From assembly GCA_004431415.1 (NCBI GenBank), contig QPMI01000482.1, positions 372,001 through 436,000 on the forward strand: 64,000 bases of DNA, read 5' to 3'. The stretch comes from Cyanophora paradoxa CCMP329 (taxonomy: Eukaryota; Plantae; Glaucophyta). Position numbers and translations under genes: made by a program. Positions 35,520 to 47,982 of the stretch are shown here, piece by piece. The stretch's first letter is position 1; each line of letters opens with the position of its first letter. A model generated the notes under the pieces. The model searched no databases. It saw nothing but the letters and a program-made list of their open reading frames with translations, and was not told where the DNA came from.

Positions 35520-38117
35520 TTAAACGGCGGCGGCGATCTCGGGCTGCTGGGGGGCGGCGGCGACGCTGACGGCGACGGGGGCGGCGCCCATGGGACGCGG
35601 TCGTAGTTGTAGGCGACAGGGGCCTTGCCGAGCTCGACGTCGGCGTCGGCGCCCTTGGCGACGTAGTTCTCCTCGTTGGCGCCCTCGGAGGAGGCCTCGC
35701 CGTCGAGCTCGCCCTCGCCCTCCTGCTCGACGCGGGAGAGGGAGCGGGCGTAGCTCCACGAGGAGAGGGTGAAGCCGCCGCAGATCGCCAGGTTGAGGAA
35801 GAGCGAGATGCTCAGCAGCGTGATCGACGCGATGTACGTCCCTGCGCGGGCCAACGCGCTCAGTTCGACCGGGAGGGCAGGCTGGGACGGCGAGGGCGGG
35901 TGGGCATGCGCACCGATCTTGTAGGAGACGCAGAAGGACCAGTCCCAGACGAGCATCCAGTAGAAGAAGCGCTGCACGCCCCCGGCGCGTCCTCGTAGCC
36001 CTGCCCGAACGCGTCGGGGGGGCGAGGGGAAGAGGGCGGGGCGGGGGCCAGTGGGGGGCCCGACCTCGGCGAGGTCGGCGATGTTGAGGGCCATGGTGAT
36101 GAGGAAGGAGACGAGGGCGCCCCCGAAGACGACCCACGCCACCACCCGCGTCGCGTGCTTCGAGAAGGTCCGCATCGTCGCCGGGAAGATCGAGAGCGCC
36201 CACGGCAGCAGCGCCAGCGTCGTCACCGCCAGCCACAGCGCGCACACCAGCTCCCCGTTCCAGCTGCCCCCGCTCCCGTTCAGGCGGGGGCGGCGGGAGC
36301 TGGGGATGGACTGGGGGGGCGGGGGCACCTCTTCATGCGCTCGTCGCCGCCGCCGCAGACGATGAGGCCGACGATGACGTTGCACCAGATGTACAGGCCC
36401 CAGTAGAACGTGCGCCTTCGGATTCGAGCGCGCGTCAGCTCGAGCCCGGATGCATAGCACAGGGCAGCGCGACGCGATTGCAAGGGCGCACTTGCGGCCG
36501 CTGCGGGCGGTGTCCTTGTCGAAGATCTCGTCGCGGTAGACGTAAAGGTAGAAGCCGCCGAGGATCGCCCAGTAGCCGAAGTACGCGATGAACTGGCGAA
36601 AATCAAGGCGATGTCAGCGACGAGTTGCGGGGCGGGGGCCGGCGGGGCGGGGTCGGACCTCGAGGAAGGTGGGCGAGTCGGTGTAGCCGAAGAGGTACCG
36701 CAGCATCGTGAAGAAGCCGTTGTTCTTCTTGTGCGCCGCCCAGCTGCCCGGGGGGAGAGCGCCGGTCAGGCCGCCGCCCGCCGTTGCGTGCGATCATATT
36801 ATAGAGCGGCGCGCGCGCACGAGATGTCCCAGAGCTTCTGGTTCCACCAGGGCTTGGCGGTGACGGGCAGGCCGGCGCCCTTGTTGTCGTAGAGGCCGAA
36901 CCAGTCGGCCTCCTGCAGCTCGCTGCGGGGGGCGCGCGTGAGCTCGAGGGCGCGGGGCGGCTCGGGGAGGAGGCTGCGGGGCGCACTGGAAGGCGCGGGA
37001 GGAGAGGCCGGCGGCGAAGAGCATGAGGAGGGCGTTGGACCAGAAGAAGAACTGGCGGATGTTGAGCTTGAGCGAGCCCCGGAAGAAGAAGTACGCTGCC
37101 CCCGCCCCCGCTCAGCGCCCCGCGTCGCCATCGCGATCGGAGGGGGCGGGGCGATCGCGACGCACAGACGACGCAGGCGGCGAGGATGCCGCATATGCCG
37201 GGGAGGGGAACGCGCTTCGGGTCGTCGGCGTCGGAGCCTCCGATGACGAGCAGCACGATCTCGATGCCCTCCTTGACCACTTGCAGGAAGGCCAGCGAGA
37301 TCATCGACCACCGCTGCCGCGCGCGACGAGCCAGTCAGAAGCTGTGGAGTAACAGGAGGCAGAATGTGTTTCAATCCAATTAAAAGGCAAGCACCGAATT
37401 CTTATCGAGGGCGACGGTGACGGCTTTGGCCATCTCGGCGGCGAGGTTTCGGGCGTTCTTCATCGACCAGAGGATCATGTACGAGACGAAGACCATGGCG
37501 ATGAGGAAGGTGATCCCCTCGAAGACTGCGGGGGTCCCTCGGCGTGAGGCGGGGGGGCGATCGCGACCGACGCCAAGGGGGGACGCACCGTACGCGTTCT
37601 TGCCGGCGAAGAGCTGCTGGTTCTGCTGGTACTTGAGCACGCCGAACGCTATTCCTATAATTATTGAGACTGCGACTCCTAACCCCGTCCCGATCCATAC
37701 GTCGCGCTTGTATTTCTGCGCGCACACCCGCGTCAGAATCGGCCAGAGGTGGAAGGCGTCGCGCGGCAGAAGGAAAGATCAAGGTAATGTAAAGCAGCGC
37801 GGCTCGCCTGGTTCCCGGTCTTCTCAAGGTGGCCGAGGAGGATACCGACGACGAGGCAGATTTCTGCGAGCGGGGTCGTCGGCGGCCTGGATTCGAAGAA
37901 GCGGACGGAAGCACGTGCACGCGGCCGCAAGCTCCAACGAGCCGGCCGCGGGCGTCTGCTATTCAAATGCGAACGCGCTCACCGGCCGTCTCTCTCTATT
38001 CGACGAGGAGGGCGGCGATCAGCGACGGAAGAATCGCGGGCGTCGAGGACGGGGGCGGCACGGGCGCAAACGTACAAGGGCGATGAAGAACGCCGCGACA
38101 CTGAAGACGGAACCCAT
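35520..38117 (-). CDS. FTR1: FTR1-family iron permease (copy 3; no internal duplication)
   Basis: Duplicate of copy 1 lacking the 105-bp duplication. Confidence 0.9.
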
Positions 38118-39198
38118 CGTTCGAGTCGCGGACTGAGGCGAGCGATGCGCGGCCTTCTCCGATGCGAACTACGTCGTTCGCGTGCGTATAAATGACTACG
38201 CGCTTGCGCCGCCGACCCGCTGCTGATGCTCACGCGCTGGTGCGAATGCTCGCCGCCTTGCTTTCTGCGCTCCTATAACTGCCGCTGGATTCCCTAAGAT
38301 CTGCTCCGGGATCCTTGATATCGATAAGCCTTGCATGATCGTGAAGATCTAGATCAACTTGTGGCTAGAGCACAAAAAAGGCACGCGCCCAGAAGGAAGG
38401 GATTGGCCGCTGGCACGCGCTCGCGGCCGGTGACCCGCCGGTCCGCGCGGCGCGCGCCCACTCAATTGATCACAATGATGGATGTGCTCGCAGCCGATTT
38501 AACAACGATTCCACGGTCACTGACGGGCCAGTGACGGCTGCATGCATATATGACGGGCTCGAGCGAGAAGAAAAAGGCACACGCCAGCTCGCCCCCCTGG
38601 CGCACGCCCGCTCGCCCCCCCGCCTCCTTTTTCTGCGAGGGGGTACGTATATATATATATATAGACGGACTTGAGCGCCGCGCGCTAGCGCTTGTAATTG
38701 CCGCTTTAGGCCCAGACTCCGCCCAGTGCTCGCTTGCCCAGTGCTTGCGCACATGCGCATGCGCGTGCGTTCGTGCGCTACCGGGCGCTTCGTGCGGAAG
38801 CGACTTCATGATCCGCTCTCGCCGCGCCTTGCTCTCCGCTTCATGATAAGCTCGCCGAGCAGCGCATCGAAGCTGCGCGCGAGCCGCGGAGCGCGCGCGT
38901 GCTGCAGTGCGGCACTGCCGCAGCGGACTCGGGAACTACAACGCTAGTGCCCGCGGCCCTCGGCCGGGAGCACGGACGAATTCGTCGCCTGTCGCCTGCA
39001 TGCCGCAGCTGCAGTGGGCGTGCGGCCGCGCTCAGGGATGAAGGCCTAGGCGGGCAGGGATGTCCTTCTACAAGTGCTCGCTGCGGCTGGTAGCCCGGAC
39101 GGATTCAAACCCCTCGCGGGCAAAGAGAGACAGGAACGTGCACACGGGGAGAAGGAAGGCGGGGGGCTGTAGGGGGGGGGAGCTCGAGGGGGAGGGGG

Positions 39199-42100
39199 CT
39201 AGGCCTGGTGGACGGCCTGGAGGCGGGGGTCCTCCCGCAGGCGCCGGTCCATCTCCGTGTACTTCAGCAGCGCCTGCTCCTCGTGCCGCTTGAGACGCTG
39301 GTCCAGGATCTGCCGCCCCGCCCCCGCCCCCCGTCGGCCCGGCCCTCGGGGGGGGGGGGCGGCGCCTCTGGTCGCCCCGCCGGCGAGCGCGGGGGCGCAC
39401 CTGGATGCGGAAGGCCGCGTCCTGGCAGTAGCGCTCGTACTCCTCCTCCTCGTTCTTGTCCAGGTGGTCCCTGCCCGCACCCGGCCCCCTCCTCAGGCCC
39501 GCCCCGCACCCACGGGGGCCCGCCTTCGGCACTACACGCTGACCTGTTGCGCTGGTAGGCGTTCTGGCGCTTGAGGAGGTTCGAGTTCTCCTCGTCCAAC
39601 CGGCTCTGCCCGCGCCGCGCCGTCGGCCGGCCGCCGGGCTCGCGAGGCGGGCGGCGCGGGCGGGGCGGGGGCACCTGGATGATGTTCGCGCGCTCGATGA
39701 GGCGCTCCTTGAGGGCCTTGAGGCACCCGTCCTTGACCTGCACCCCGCGGCGCTGAGAACGGCGGGGGCGGGCTGGGTGCGGCAAGGGGGCCCGCCTTGA
39801 GCGCCGCGTCGCGGTTGAGCGGCTTGCCCTGCTTCGCCTGCAGGGGGGTGAGGAGGGTGGGGGATACACGACCGGGGGTAGGAGGGGGGCTACCGCGTCG
39901 GGGAGGAAGGCCCAGAGGTAGTCCTTCTCCGTCTTCGCCTCCGCCTCCGCCTCCGCCTCCCGCGAGAGCTCCTTCTCGTCCTTCTGGGGGGGAGTGAGCC
40001 GCGGGGGGGTACCGGGGCGACACCGGAGGGGGCGGGGGTACGGCTCGCCTTGCGGCGGAAGACCTCGTAGGGGGAGATCACGAGGACGATCGCCTGCTCC
40101 TCCTTCATGCGCGTCTGGAGAGAGGGGCGTGCCGGGCTCAGCGGGGCCGGGGGGTGCGGCGCAGGGCGGGGGCAGGGGGTACCATGTAGATGTCCTTCGA
40201 CTCGCGCTCCGACTCGCGGACCGCCTGCTGGCACTCCTTCTCGGCGCTGGGCGCGATTCAGACCAGGGGTACGCTAGGGGAGCGGAGGGGGGTACGCGGA
40301 CGCACTGCAGGACGCGCTGGTAGTCCTCCAGCAGGATCGGCTTCTTCGGCTCCCGCGCGAACGGGTCGACCTGCGCCCGGGTCCGATGAGGAGGGGGGGA
40401 GGGTACGAGAGGATACGGGAGTGGGGACGGACCGAGTTGATGTCGGTGCGGCCGTCCTTGCTGTACTCCCGCGAGGAGGCGGTGATGCGCCCCGGCGCCG
40501 TGTGGTACTCCACCCGGATCCGCCCCTGCGCACGCCTCAGACGGGCGGCCCGCCGGCGCGGGCCGGCGCGCGGGGCGGCGCGCCTGGGTCATGTAGTACG
40601 TCCGCTTCGCGATGTCCGACTCCGCGTCGATCGCTGCGCGGCGGCGGGGGGCGGACGCTCGGACGCTCGGAGGGTAGGGCCCCGGGGGTGGCGGACCGCG
40701 GTTCCGGGAGTACTTCTCCGTCATCTTCTTGATCGTGAGGTCCGCCGTGTCCCCCCGCCACTGCGCGGGGCCGGCCTCGGGAGGGCGCAGGGCAGCGGCG
40801 GGGCGGGGGCGGGGGCGGGCCTTGTCGGAGCCCTCGTAGGTCACCGAGCGGTACACGAGGCGGTCGTCCCGCTCCGTGAACACCTCCACCGTCTGCGGCC
40901 CGGCCCGGAGCAGCGGCGTCAGCGGGGCGGGGCCGGTGGGGGCTCGGGTGCGGCGCTCGGGGCGGGGCGGGCCTTGCGGCCGAAGGTCTCGACGCGCTGG
41001 ACGAGGCCGTCGAGGCGCGCCGACGGGTAGAAGTTCAGCTCCCTCTTCTGGCCCTCGATCACCACGATCTGCCCGCCCGGCGGGTCAGGGGGGAGGGGCG
41101 GGGGGCGCTCCGCGGGCCGGGCCGGACCTCGCGGAGGCCGTGCGAGCGGCCGGCAGCGAACGACTCGACGTGCCGCGCCTCCTTCGGGAACCGCCTGCGC
41201 CCCGCGCTCGGCCGCCGCAGAGGCGGAGGCGGGCGGGAGGGGGGTACCGTCGCTCCGAGAGCTTGTCCCGGCGGTGCCGGAACTCCTCGCGGACCTCCAC
41301 CGGATCCAGGCCCTGCGGGGGGTACGCTTGAGGATTCGGGAGGGGGAGGGAAGGGAGGCGGCGCCGACCTCGTCGTCGTCGAAGACGGTGAGGCGGGATA
41401 CCATGCCGTCCTCCCGCGCGTAGTCCGCGAACAGCTCCTGGGAGCCGGGGGGCGTGATGGGGGGTAGAGGGAGGGGCAGGGGCAGGGGAGGGCCGCACGA
41501 GCTTGACGCGGCTGTAGGAGTTGACCTTGGAGCCCTTGGAGAAGGCCTGGGGGAGGGGGCGGCGGGGCGTCAGCGCCGGCACCCCCTCCCCGACCGGGGC
41601 GACGGCACCTTGACGTAGGCGTCGCGCGTGAGCTTGACGCGGGCAGCCCACGGCGGGGGCACCTCCGGCAGCTGCACGTCCTGCGGGGGGAAGAGGGGCG
41701 CTCAGCACGGGCCCCCGGGGCGACGCGTAGCCCCCGGACCTCTGCGGCGAGGGCGGCGGCCTCGGGGTTCTCCTTCGCGAGGGCCTTCGAGCCCGCCCCG
41801 TGGTCCCCCGTCAGCACCTGCGGGGGGGGGGGGGGGGGGGGGGGGGGAGTGAGGCCGAGGGGTGGAGGAGCGCGGGGGTACGGCGCCGGACCTCCTCCTC
41901 GGCGGCGGCGGCCGCGCGCTCGGTGTCCGCCGAGAAGGGGTCCACGAAGACGTACTCCCAGCTCTCGAGGTCGTGCAGCTCGTAGCTCAGGTTCTGCGGG
42001 GGGGGGGGTACACTGAGCCGGCGAGGGGGGTGCGGGGAGGGGCGGGCGGGGGCACCTCGAGGGGGACGCCCTGCTGCATGTTGACCCAGTAGTTGGCGTT

Positions 42101-43610
42101 GTTCCAGACGGACTCGATCCCGCGGTAGGGCGAGGCGTGCACGGGGTACACCCGCCCCGTGCTCGGCTCGATGAACACGTGCTCCGGCACCTCCCGCTTG
42201 CCGGCCTGCGGGGGGCGTTGGGGGGCGCGGCCTGCGGGGCGGGAGGAGGCGGGTGGGGGGCACCTGGATGAGGACCCAGCAGTGGACGCGGACGTTCTCG
42301 AGCTCGTCCACCGGGCCCGGCTCCTGGGGCCGCGCGTGAGAGGCGCGGGGCGGGGCCGGCGGGGCGGGGCGGGCGGGGGCGGCGCACGGGCTCGGGCCGC
42401 TTGGCGAGGGCCTCCTCCATCTCCCGCCGGGCCTTCTCCTCGGCCGCCCGCTCGAACTTGGACTGGAGGACGGGCCGCGCCGGGATGCGGTACTTCCCGT
42501 TCTCGGCCCCCTCGTCCCCCTTCTTCTCCTGCTTCTCCTCCTTCGGCTCCAGCACGGGGCACGTGTCCTGCGCCCCGCGCCCCGCGCTCGCCCGGAGACG
42601 GGGCGCGGAGCTCGCGCCCGAGCCCCCGCACCTCGCTCTGGTCGCACATCGTGACGTGCTTGGGCGCGTACCCGCTCACGCAGTACGCGTCGTACCCCAC
42701 CTGCGGGACGGGAGCGTCGGAGGGGGAAGGGGGAGGCGGCGGGAGGGGTACGCACGCCGAGGAGGTAGGAGCAGAGGAGGGTGGCGAAGTCGAAGCAGTC
42801 GGCGCGCTGCGTCTTCACCACGAACGTCGGGCTGAAGACGTACGACGGCTGCGCGCCCGGCCGCGCCGCGCCGCCGCTCAGGCCGGCGCGATCACGGGTG
42901 CCGGCGCGGGGGCGGCGCGGACCAGGCGGACGGGGTCGTGGAGGGGGGTGTACGTGATGAAGTCGGCGAGGAAGCGGGCGCAGCGCTCGTAGTCGTAGAG
43001 CTCCGAGTAGGCGAGCTGCGTGGGGCGGATCGTGGTGCACACGAACTTCTGCTCGCGGCGCCGCCGTCTCGGCGTGAGCGAGCGGCGCGGGGGCCGGCCG
43101 GCCGGCGAGCGTGCCCCGCCGTGGTGGGACGCACTTTGATGCGGCACTCGTTGAGCGGCGTGAGCAGCAGCTCGCGGCGCTCCGGGTACTGCTCCACGAA
43201 CTCGCGGCGCCACTGCAAGCGGGCGGAGCGAGGCCCCGTCGGCAGGGCAACGGGGCCGGAATGCTGGGCGGGGGCGGCCGCGCCTGCTCGATGTAGTCGA
43301 AGGTTCTCAGCTCCTTCTCCGTGTGCGTGCTGTAAGACGGCGGCAGCTCCTCAGGGTCCGCAAGCTCGTCTGCGGCGCGGCGCCGCGCGGTCAGTTCGAA
43401 TGGGCGGAGTGGAGCCGCGCGCGGGAGGCAAGCCGAGCGGCTGCTGCGGTGACTAGGACCTTGTAGAGAAGCAAGGAAGGGACAGCGGGACGCACCGAGG
43501 CCGAAGTCCTTCCCGTGCATGAGCTGCATCGCTGCATAGCGGTCGCTGATCTCGGCCTCCGCTCCAAACTCCATCTCCGTGACAACAAAGTCCGATACCG
43601 CCGGCGGCAT
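39199..43610 (-). CDS. DRC7: Dynein regulatory complex subunit 7 (CCDC135/FAP50), about 30 exons
   Basis: Spliced: PPSYSTHTEKE...LLTPLNECRIKKFVCTTIRPTQLAYSELYD...RADCFDFATLLCSYLLGVGYDAYCVSGYAP...RVHCWVLI...FIEPSTG...GIESVWNNANYWVNMQ...LKERLIERANIIQSRLDEE...FRIQILDQRLKRHEEQAL. Confidence 0.95.
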
Positions 43611-43913
43611 CGCCGCTGTGCTGCACTCCTACTTTAGCTAAGGATCCCAGGTGCCGGCCTGCTTGGTGTGCTGGATCACCAAGGCCTCCTCCAGTGCCTA
43701 ACTACGCTCTGCTTGCCGTCTGCCCGTCTGCGCTGCCGGCGAGCACGCACCGTTCGTCAACGGGCCTCCGCTGGGCGCTCCCAGGCGGCCGTAACTCTTG
43801 AAAGAGGCAGCGCTACGTTCGACTGCGATGCCCGTCGCTCTACGTAGCGCTTCTTTTGCGCCTTGTTCGTCTTCAGCTGTACCCCTCGCTTCCGAATTTG
43901 CGCCGCTTCCGCG

Positions 43914-44976
43914 ATGAAGGTGCCGGCGCCGAGCTCACCGCTGGATGGTACACGCGATGCCATGACGTTGCCCTTTTCGAGGTCGCCCACGCACGCGGCG
44001 CAGGCGCCGACCCGAAGGAGCTGATGAAGCACGCGGACCACTTCTGGCGCTTCCTGGATGAGCTAGCGGAGAAGCCAGAGGTATTCGCCTCTACATGGAG
44101 CGCTGCGGCGGCCGCGGCGGGCGCTTAGCTAGTGCGCCGGCGTCGGCGAGCTGTGCGCGCCCTGACGCGCGATGCGCCCGCGCAGGAGTACAAGAAGTTT
44201 ATGGAGACGCAGTACAAGGAGTTCCAGGCGAGCGGCGGCTTCGGGAAGAACCCGCCGCCGTTCATGCCTCCGGGTCCGCGGCGCTCGCTCCGTCGCTCCG
44301 CGCGCCGCGCTGAACGCGTGACGTGCGGCGGCACAGGCATGGGCAAGTCCGGAGCGCCTGGGGCGACGCCACCCGCGCCGGGCGGGAAGCTCCCGGAGGT
44401 CTTCATCCCCACGCCCTCGCGGAGCACGCCGCCGGCGCCCCCGCAGCAGCAGCAGTCGGCCGCCTCCGCATCGTCTTCGAGCCAGATCTCCGCCTCCGAC
44501 GCCGACGGCGGCCTCGAGTCGCTGCGGACGAGCCGAGCTCCGGCCAAGCCGCCCCCGCGCATCGAGGAGATCGGGTCGGCCCCGGGGACGGCGAAGGTCC
44601 CCGAGCACACCCTCGAGCTCCGAGAAGACGGCGGGCGCCGCCGATACGTCCTCACCGTCCGCATGCCTGACGAGGTCCGCGAAGCCCGTACCCCCCCCTT
44701 CCCGGGTTTCTCCCGACCGCGGGGGTAGCCCAGCATGAAGGACGTCGAGCTCGACGTGTCGGAGCGGGAGGTCGAGGTGCAGTCCGCGCGCTACACCCTC
44801 AAGGTGCCTCCAGCGTCGCGTACCCCCCGACGCCCTTCCGCGCACCCCCTAGGCTGCAGCTGAGCTCTCGCTGTGCCCAGGTGCCCCTAAAAGAACCCGT
44901 AGACATCGACGAGTCGGAGTCTCGCTTCGTCAAGTCGCAGGCGGAGCTGGTGGTGACGATGCCCCTGTTGCCCTAG
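43914..44976 (+). CDS. PIH1D2-like protein (N-terminal helix plus C-terminal CS domain)
   Basis: MKVPAPSSPLDGADPKELMKHADHFWRFLDELAEKPEEYKKFMETQYKE resembles the PIH1D2 N-terminus (FWxxLDxxAxxxPExYxxF). C-terminal RIEEIG...PEHTL...VLTVRMP...MKDVELDVSE...VDIDESESRFVKSQAELVVTMP is PIH1-CS-like. Confidence 0.7.
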
Positions 44977-45325
44977 CTTAGGGGTACAGTCAGCTAGACA
45001 CAGCCTTGTAGACGCTGGGGTTTAGACAGCTGCGCTAGTATAGGAACAGGATTAGACAGAGGCAGAAGGCGTAGATAAATCAAATCAATTACAAGCGTAG
45101 CCCATATGGCCAGATTTTCAGCTTCGCAGTTGAACTTGTCGAACTTGCCGGGTCCGCGGTCATCCCTTCTGCCCCTTGATAAAAAGCTTTCGATCGATAT
45201 CCCCCGCCACCCCCATCAGTTTTCTCCTCTCTCCCGGAGTACTAGTCCGGGGATCCCTCCTCGATTCCTTCGAAATTCATAACAAATATATTTTTAACTC
45301 GTCTCCTCATTAAATATTACCCTCC

Positions 45326-46124
45326 ATGACCAGGGCGAAGCGCCTCGAGCTTGCGCCCGGGGCGCCCCGCACGCGCGCGCCTGTCGACAATTGCGAAATG
45401 AATCTGACCTTCAGCTTCTTCGTTGGAATTCTTCTGCTGGAGACCGCCGCCGGTCTCGGCGCGCACGCGCATGAGGGCGTCGACGTCGGCCTCCACGCGC
45501 GGAAGCTGCGCGGCGCCCAGCGTGCGAAAATTTCTTCGCTTCTCCGAATTTAAGCTTCCTGTCGATTCATTTAATTTCTTCCTCTTTCCAGCCACTACCG
45601 GGGGCGCGGCGATCCTGAACGCAACTTTCAGCGGTGCCGTCGTGAACGCCGACGGCTCCGATCTCGCAATCGACCCGAGCCAGATCGGCGACCTTGAGAA
45701 AGTCGTGGGTGATCATGACCCCGGCCGACCCGTCCCATGTCCAGCCAGCGGCCCAGCGCCGGCTTGCAATATTAATTGTGAGCCGCGGCGCCGCAAGCGC
45801 AGCGCAGGAGTTCGGCGAGACTCTCGGCCTGTGCGTGGCTCCCCCCGGCCTGGCGCCTCCGGGATCCGCAAAGCTCGAGCGGGCTCGAGGCGCGCAGGGC
45901 GGTCCCGACGAGCGCGGTGAGGCTGGCGATGCTCGAGGCGGACTTCATCCGCGCGAGGATCGAGCTGCTGGCCGTCGAGATCTGCCCCCCGCCACCCAGC
46001 GTGCGCTCGCTCGATCGCAAGTTCCCCGCCCGCGCGCGCGCGCGCGTCATTTGCGTGTATGCACTTGGACCGTGGCTTCTTTTGCCGTCAACGTCAAGTA
46101 TATATCCTTATCGATCCTCTAAGC
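45326..46124 (+). CDS. Small multi-exon hypothetical protein (boundaries uncertain; possible remnant)
   Basis: Coding-like segments FFVGILLLETAAGLGAHAHEG / TTGGAAILNATFSGAVVNADGSDLAIDPSQIGDLEKV / AVPTSAVRLAMLEADF separated by plausible GT-AG introns. Confidence 0.35.
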
Positions 46125-47601
46125 GAAAGCTTCAAATTCGCAGCCGCAGCCGCAGCCGCCGGCGCCCCGGTGCCTGCGCGAGGCGCTTGCCCGCCTCCTG
46201 CTGGACCTCGGCGTGCGTCCTTGACTGACTCTGGCCAGATGCATGATCATGAGCCTCCGATCCGCCAATTACAAGCTATAGCTAAATTATCAAATCGCGC
46301 AGGCCACGGTCACGATTCCCCAGTCCTTCCCGCCGCCGACTCCGTTGCAAGTGATCCAATTCAGTGCGCGCACGCATATGATCATGAGCCGCGCCCGGCC
46401 GTATCGATATCGATATCGCGCGGCAGCTTGACTTGAACTTATGATTAAGCTGTTCGCTTGGAAGTTGATCAGTGATTTCTTTCGGTTGATATCGCAGGCC
46501 CCCCTCTCCGCATCCCTCTCTTTGGATTGACTGTCCTGGAGCTGACAAGCCTCCAGCTGACCGCGGCCGGCGTGCGCGCGGGTCTGCCGGTGGCACGCCC
46601 GCGGCCCGCCGGGACGCAAGGTTAATTATCTTCGTGACGTCAGCGTTGTGCGGTCTAGCTACTACTAGGCTAGCTATATATAGCGCTATATAGATCCGAC
46701 GAGTTTCACTGATTAAATATTCATGATCAAAGAAATGAATATTGAGTTCGAAAAGAGCTTATAATTAAATGCTTCAATTCATATTCGAATTCGAGAAGTC
46801 GTAGAGTCAGCCGGTTTAATTCGTGCGCCGATGTGCGGTCGAAGTCTAGATCTGCGCAGAACTAGAATTCGAAGGCCGCCGCGCCGGGCGCCGACGCCGT
46901 CGGTTGGCAGCTGAGGATCGGGAACAGGGGGAATTTAAACCCGCGGGGCCAGGCAGCTGCATGGCCCTGCAGGGCGCCGGCCGAGGGCGTCTGCTTATGC
47001 CGGGGCGCGCGCGTGCGCGGACGCCGACCGGGACTTCGCATCCGCGTGCTCTACTAGCTGTAGGGACTGCGACCGGGACTACAGCTAGCTGCAGGCCAGT
47101 TCTATAGCTATAGCTACTAGGCTAGGCCTAGGGACCAGGGCCCAGGCTCCTAGCTGCGCATGCAGGCCGGCGCCTGGGCTGCAGCTGCAACCTGCGCATG
47201 CGCAGCAGGCCAGCTGCAGGGCCGGCGCGGTCCTGCTGGCATGGCTGCATGCGCAGAGGCCCTGAGGGCGCCGTCGCGCCGCAGGCTATAGCTAGCGCTG
47301 CGCATGCAGGTGGCTGGACTGCGGCACGCGTGACGCCGCACTGACGCGCCTCAAGCTTGTCGAACGATCATGATCATGATCATGTTAAAAACAAATTGCC
47401 TAGTTGAAAACAAAAATCCGTTCGGAGTTTCCCCGGAATTCGAGTCTCCGATCGAGTCTCCGACTCTCCGATCGATGTCATTCGATGAGTCCGATCCGTT
47501 GAAAAACTTGAATTTCCCCGACCTCGCGTCGGCTCGCGATCGATCGCGATAGGATTGAAACGCTTCACACTCGAGCGCTACTAGGAGCTTGAGCCTTGAG
47601 C

Positions 47602-47899
47602 TAGAGATGGGGCTCGAGCCGGGCCGGCTCGAACCGGCCGGCCGGCCCGGCTCGAGCAAGCCGGCTCGAGGGGCACATTGCGGCTGGCTCGAGCCGGGTC
47701 GGGTTTTGTTAGGGGCGAGCCGGCGAGCCGGCGAACTGGCTAGCTATTTTATATAGGTTTTTATTATATATATCGAATATATTATATGGAAAAGACTGTG
47801 TACCCCCCTTCTCGGGCCGGCTCGAGCCGGCCCGTGGCTCGAGGGGTGCCGGCTCGAGCCCTGCTCGAGCCGCCGATTTGCGCTCGAGCCCCATCTCTA
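47602..47899. mobile_element. hAT-superfamily MITE (298 bp)
   Basis: Perfect 18-bp TIRs TAGAGATGGGGCTCGAGC...GCTCGAGCCCCATCTCTA, 8-bp flanking repeat CCTTGAGC/CGTTGAGC (1 mismatch), many subterminal GGCTCGAG motifs and an AT-rich core. The TIR start resembles Ac/Ds (TAGGGATG). Confidence 0.88.
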
Positions 47900-47982
47900 C
47901 GTTGAGCTCGATGTCAGTGGATGTCACTCGATGATCCTCCTCGATTAATATTCCTCGATCGTGAGCCTCCGGGGATCCGCGA

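Larger units (their letters stand above)
27568..39083. repeat. Tandem segmental amplification, unit 3 (11,516 bp)
   Basis: Ends at caagtgctcgctg (39083), after which unique sequence (DRC7 3' region) follows. Confidence 0.97.

Noticed and set aside
6290-39083. Many single-base frameshifts differing between copies, read as pseudogenisation or programmed frameshifting
   Set aside because: Nearly all are 1-bp changes in G/C homopolymers scattered across copies, typical of unpolished long-read consensus.
6290-39083. Amplified unit as a transposon or LTR element
   Set aside because: No transposase, RT, TIR or TSD seen; junctions show only 3-bp microhomology.
41821-41848. Long poly-G tracts (also 63426-63450 and poly-C at 3006-3026)
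   Set aside because: Intronic or intergenic homopolymers of unreliable length with no evidence of function.
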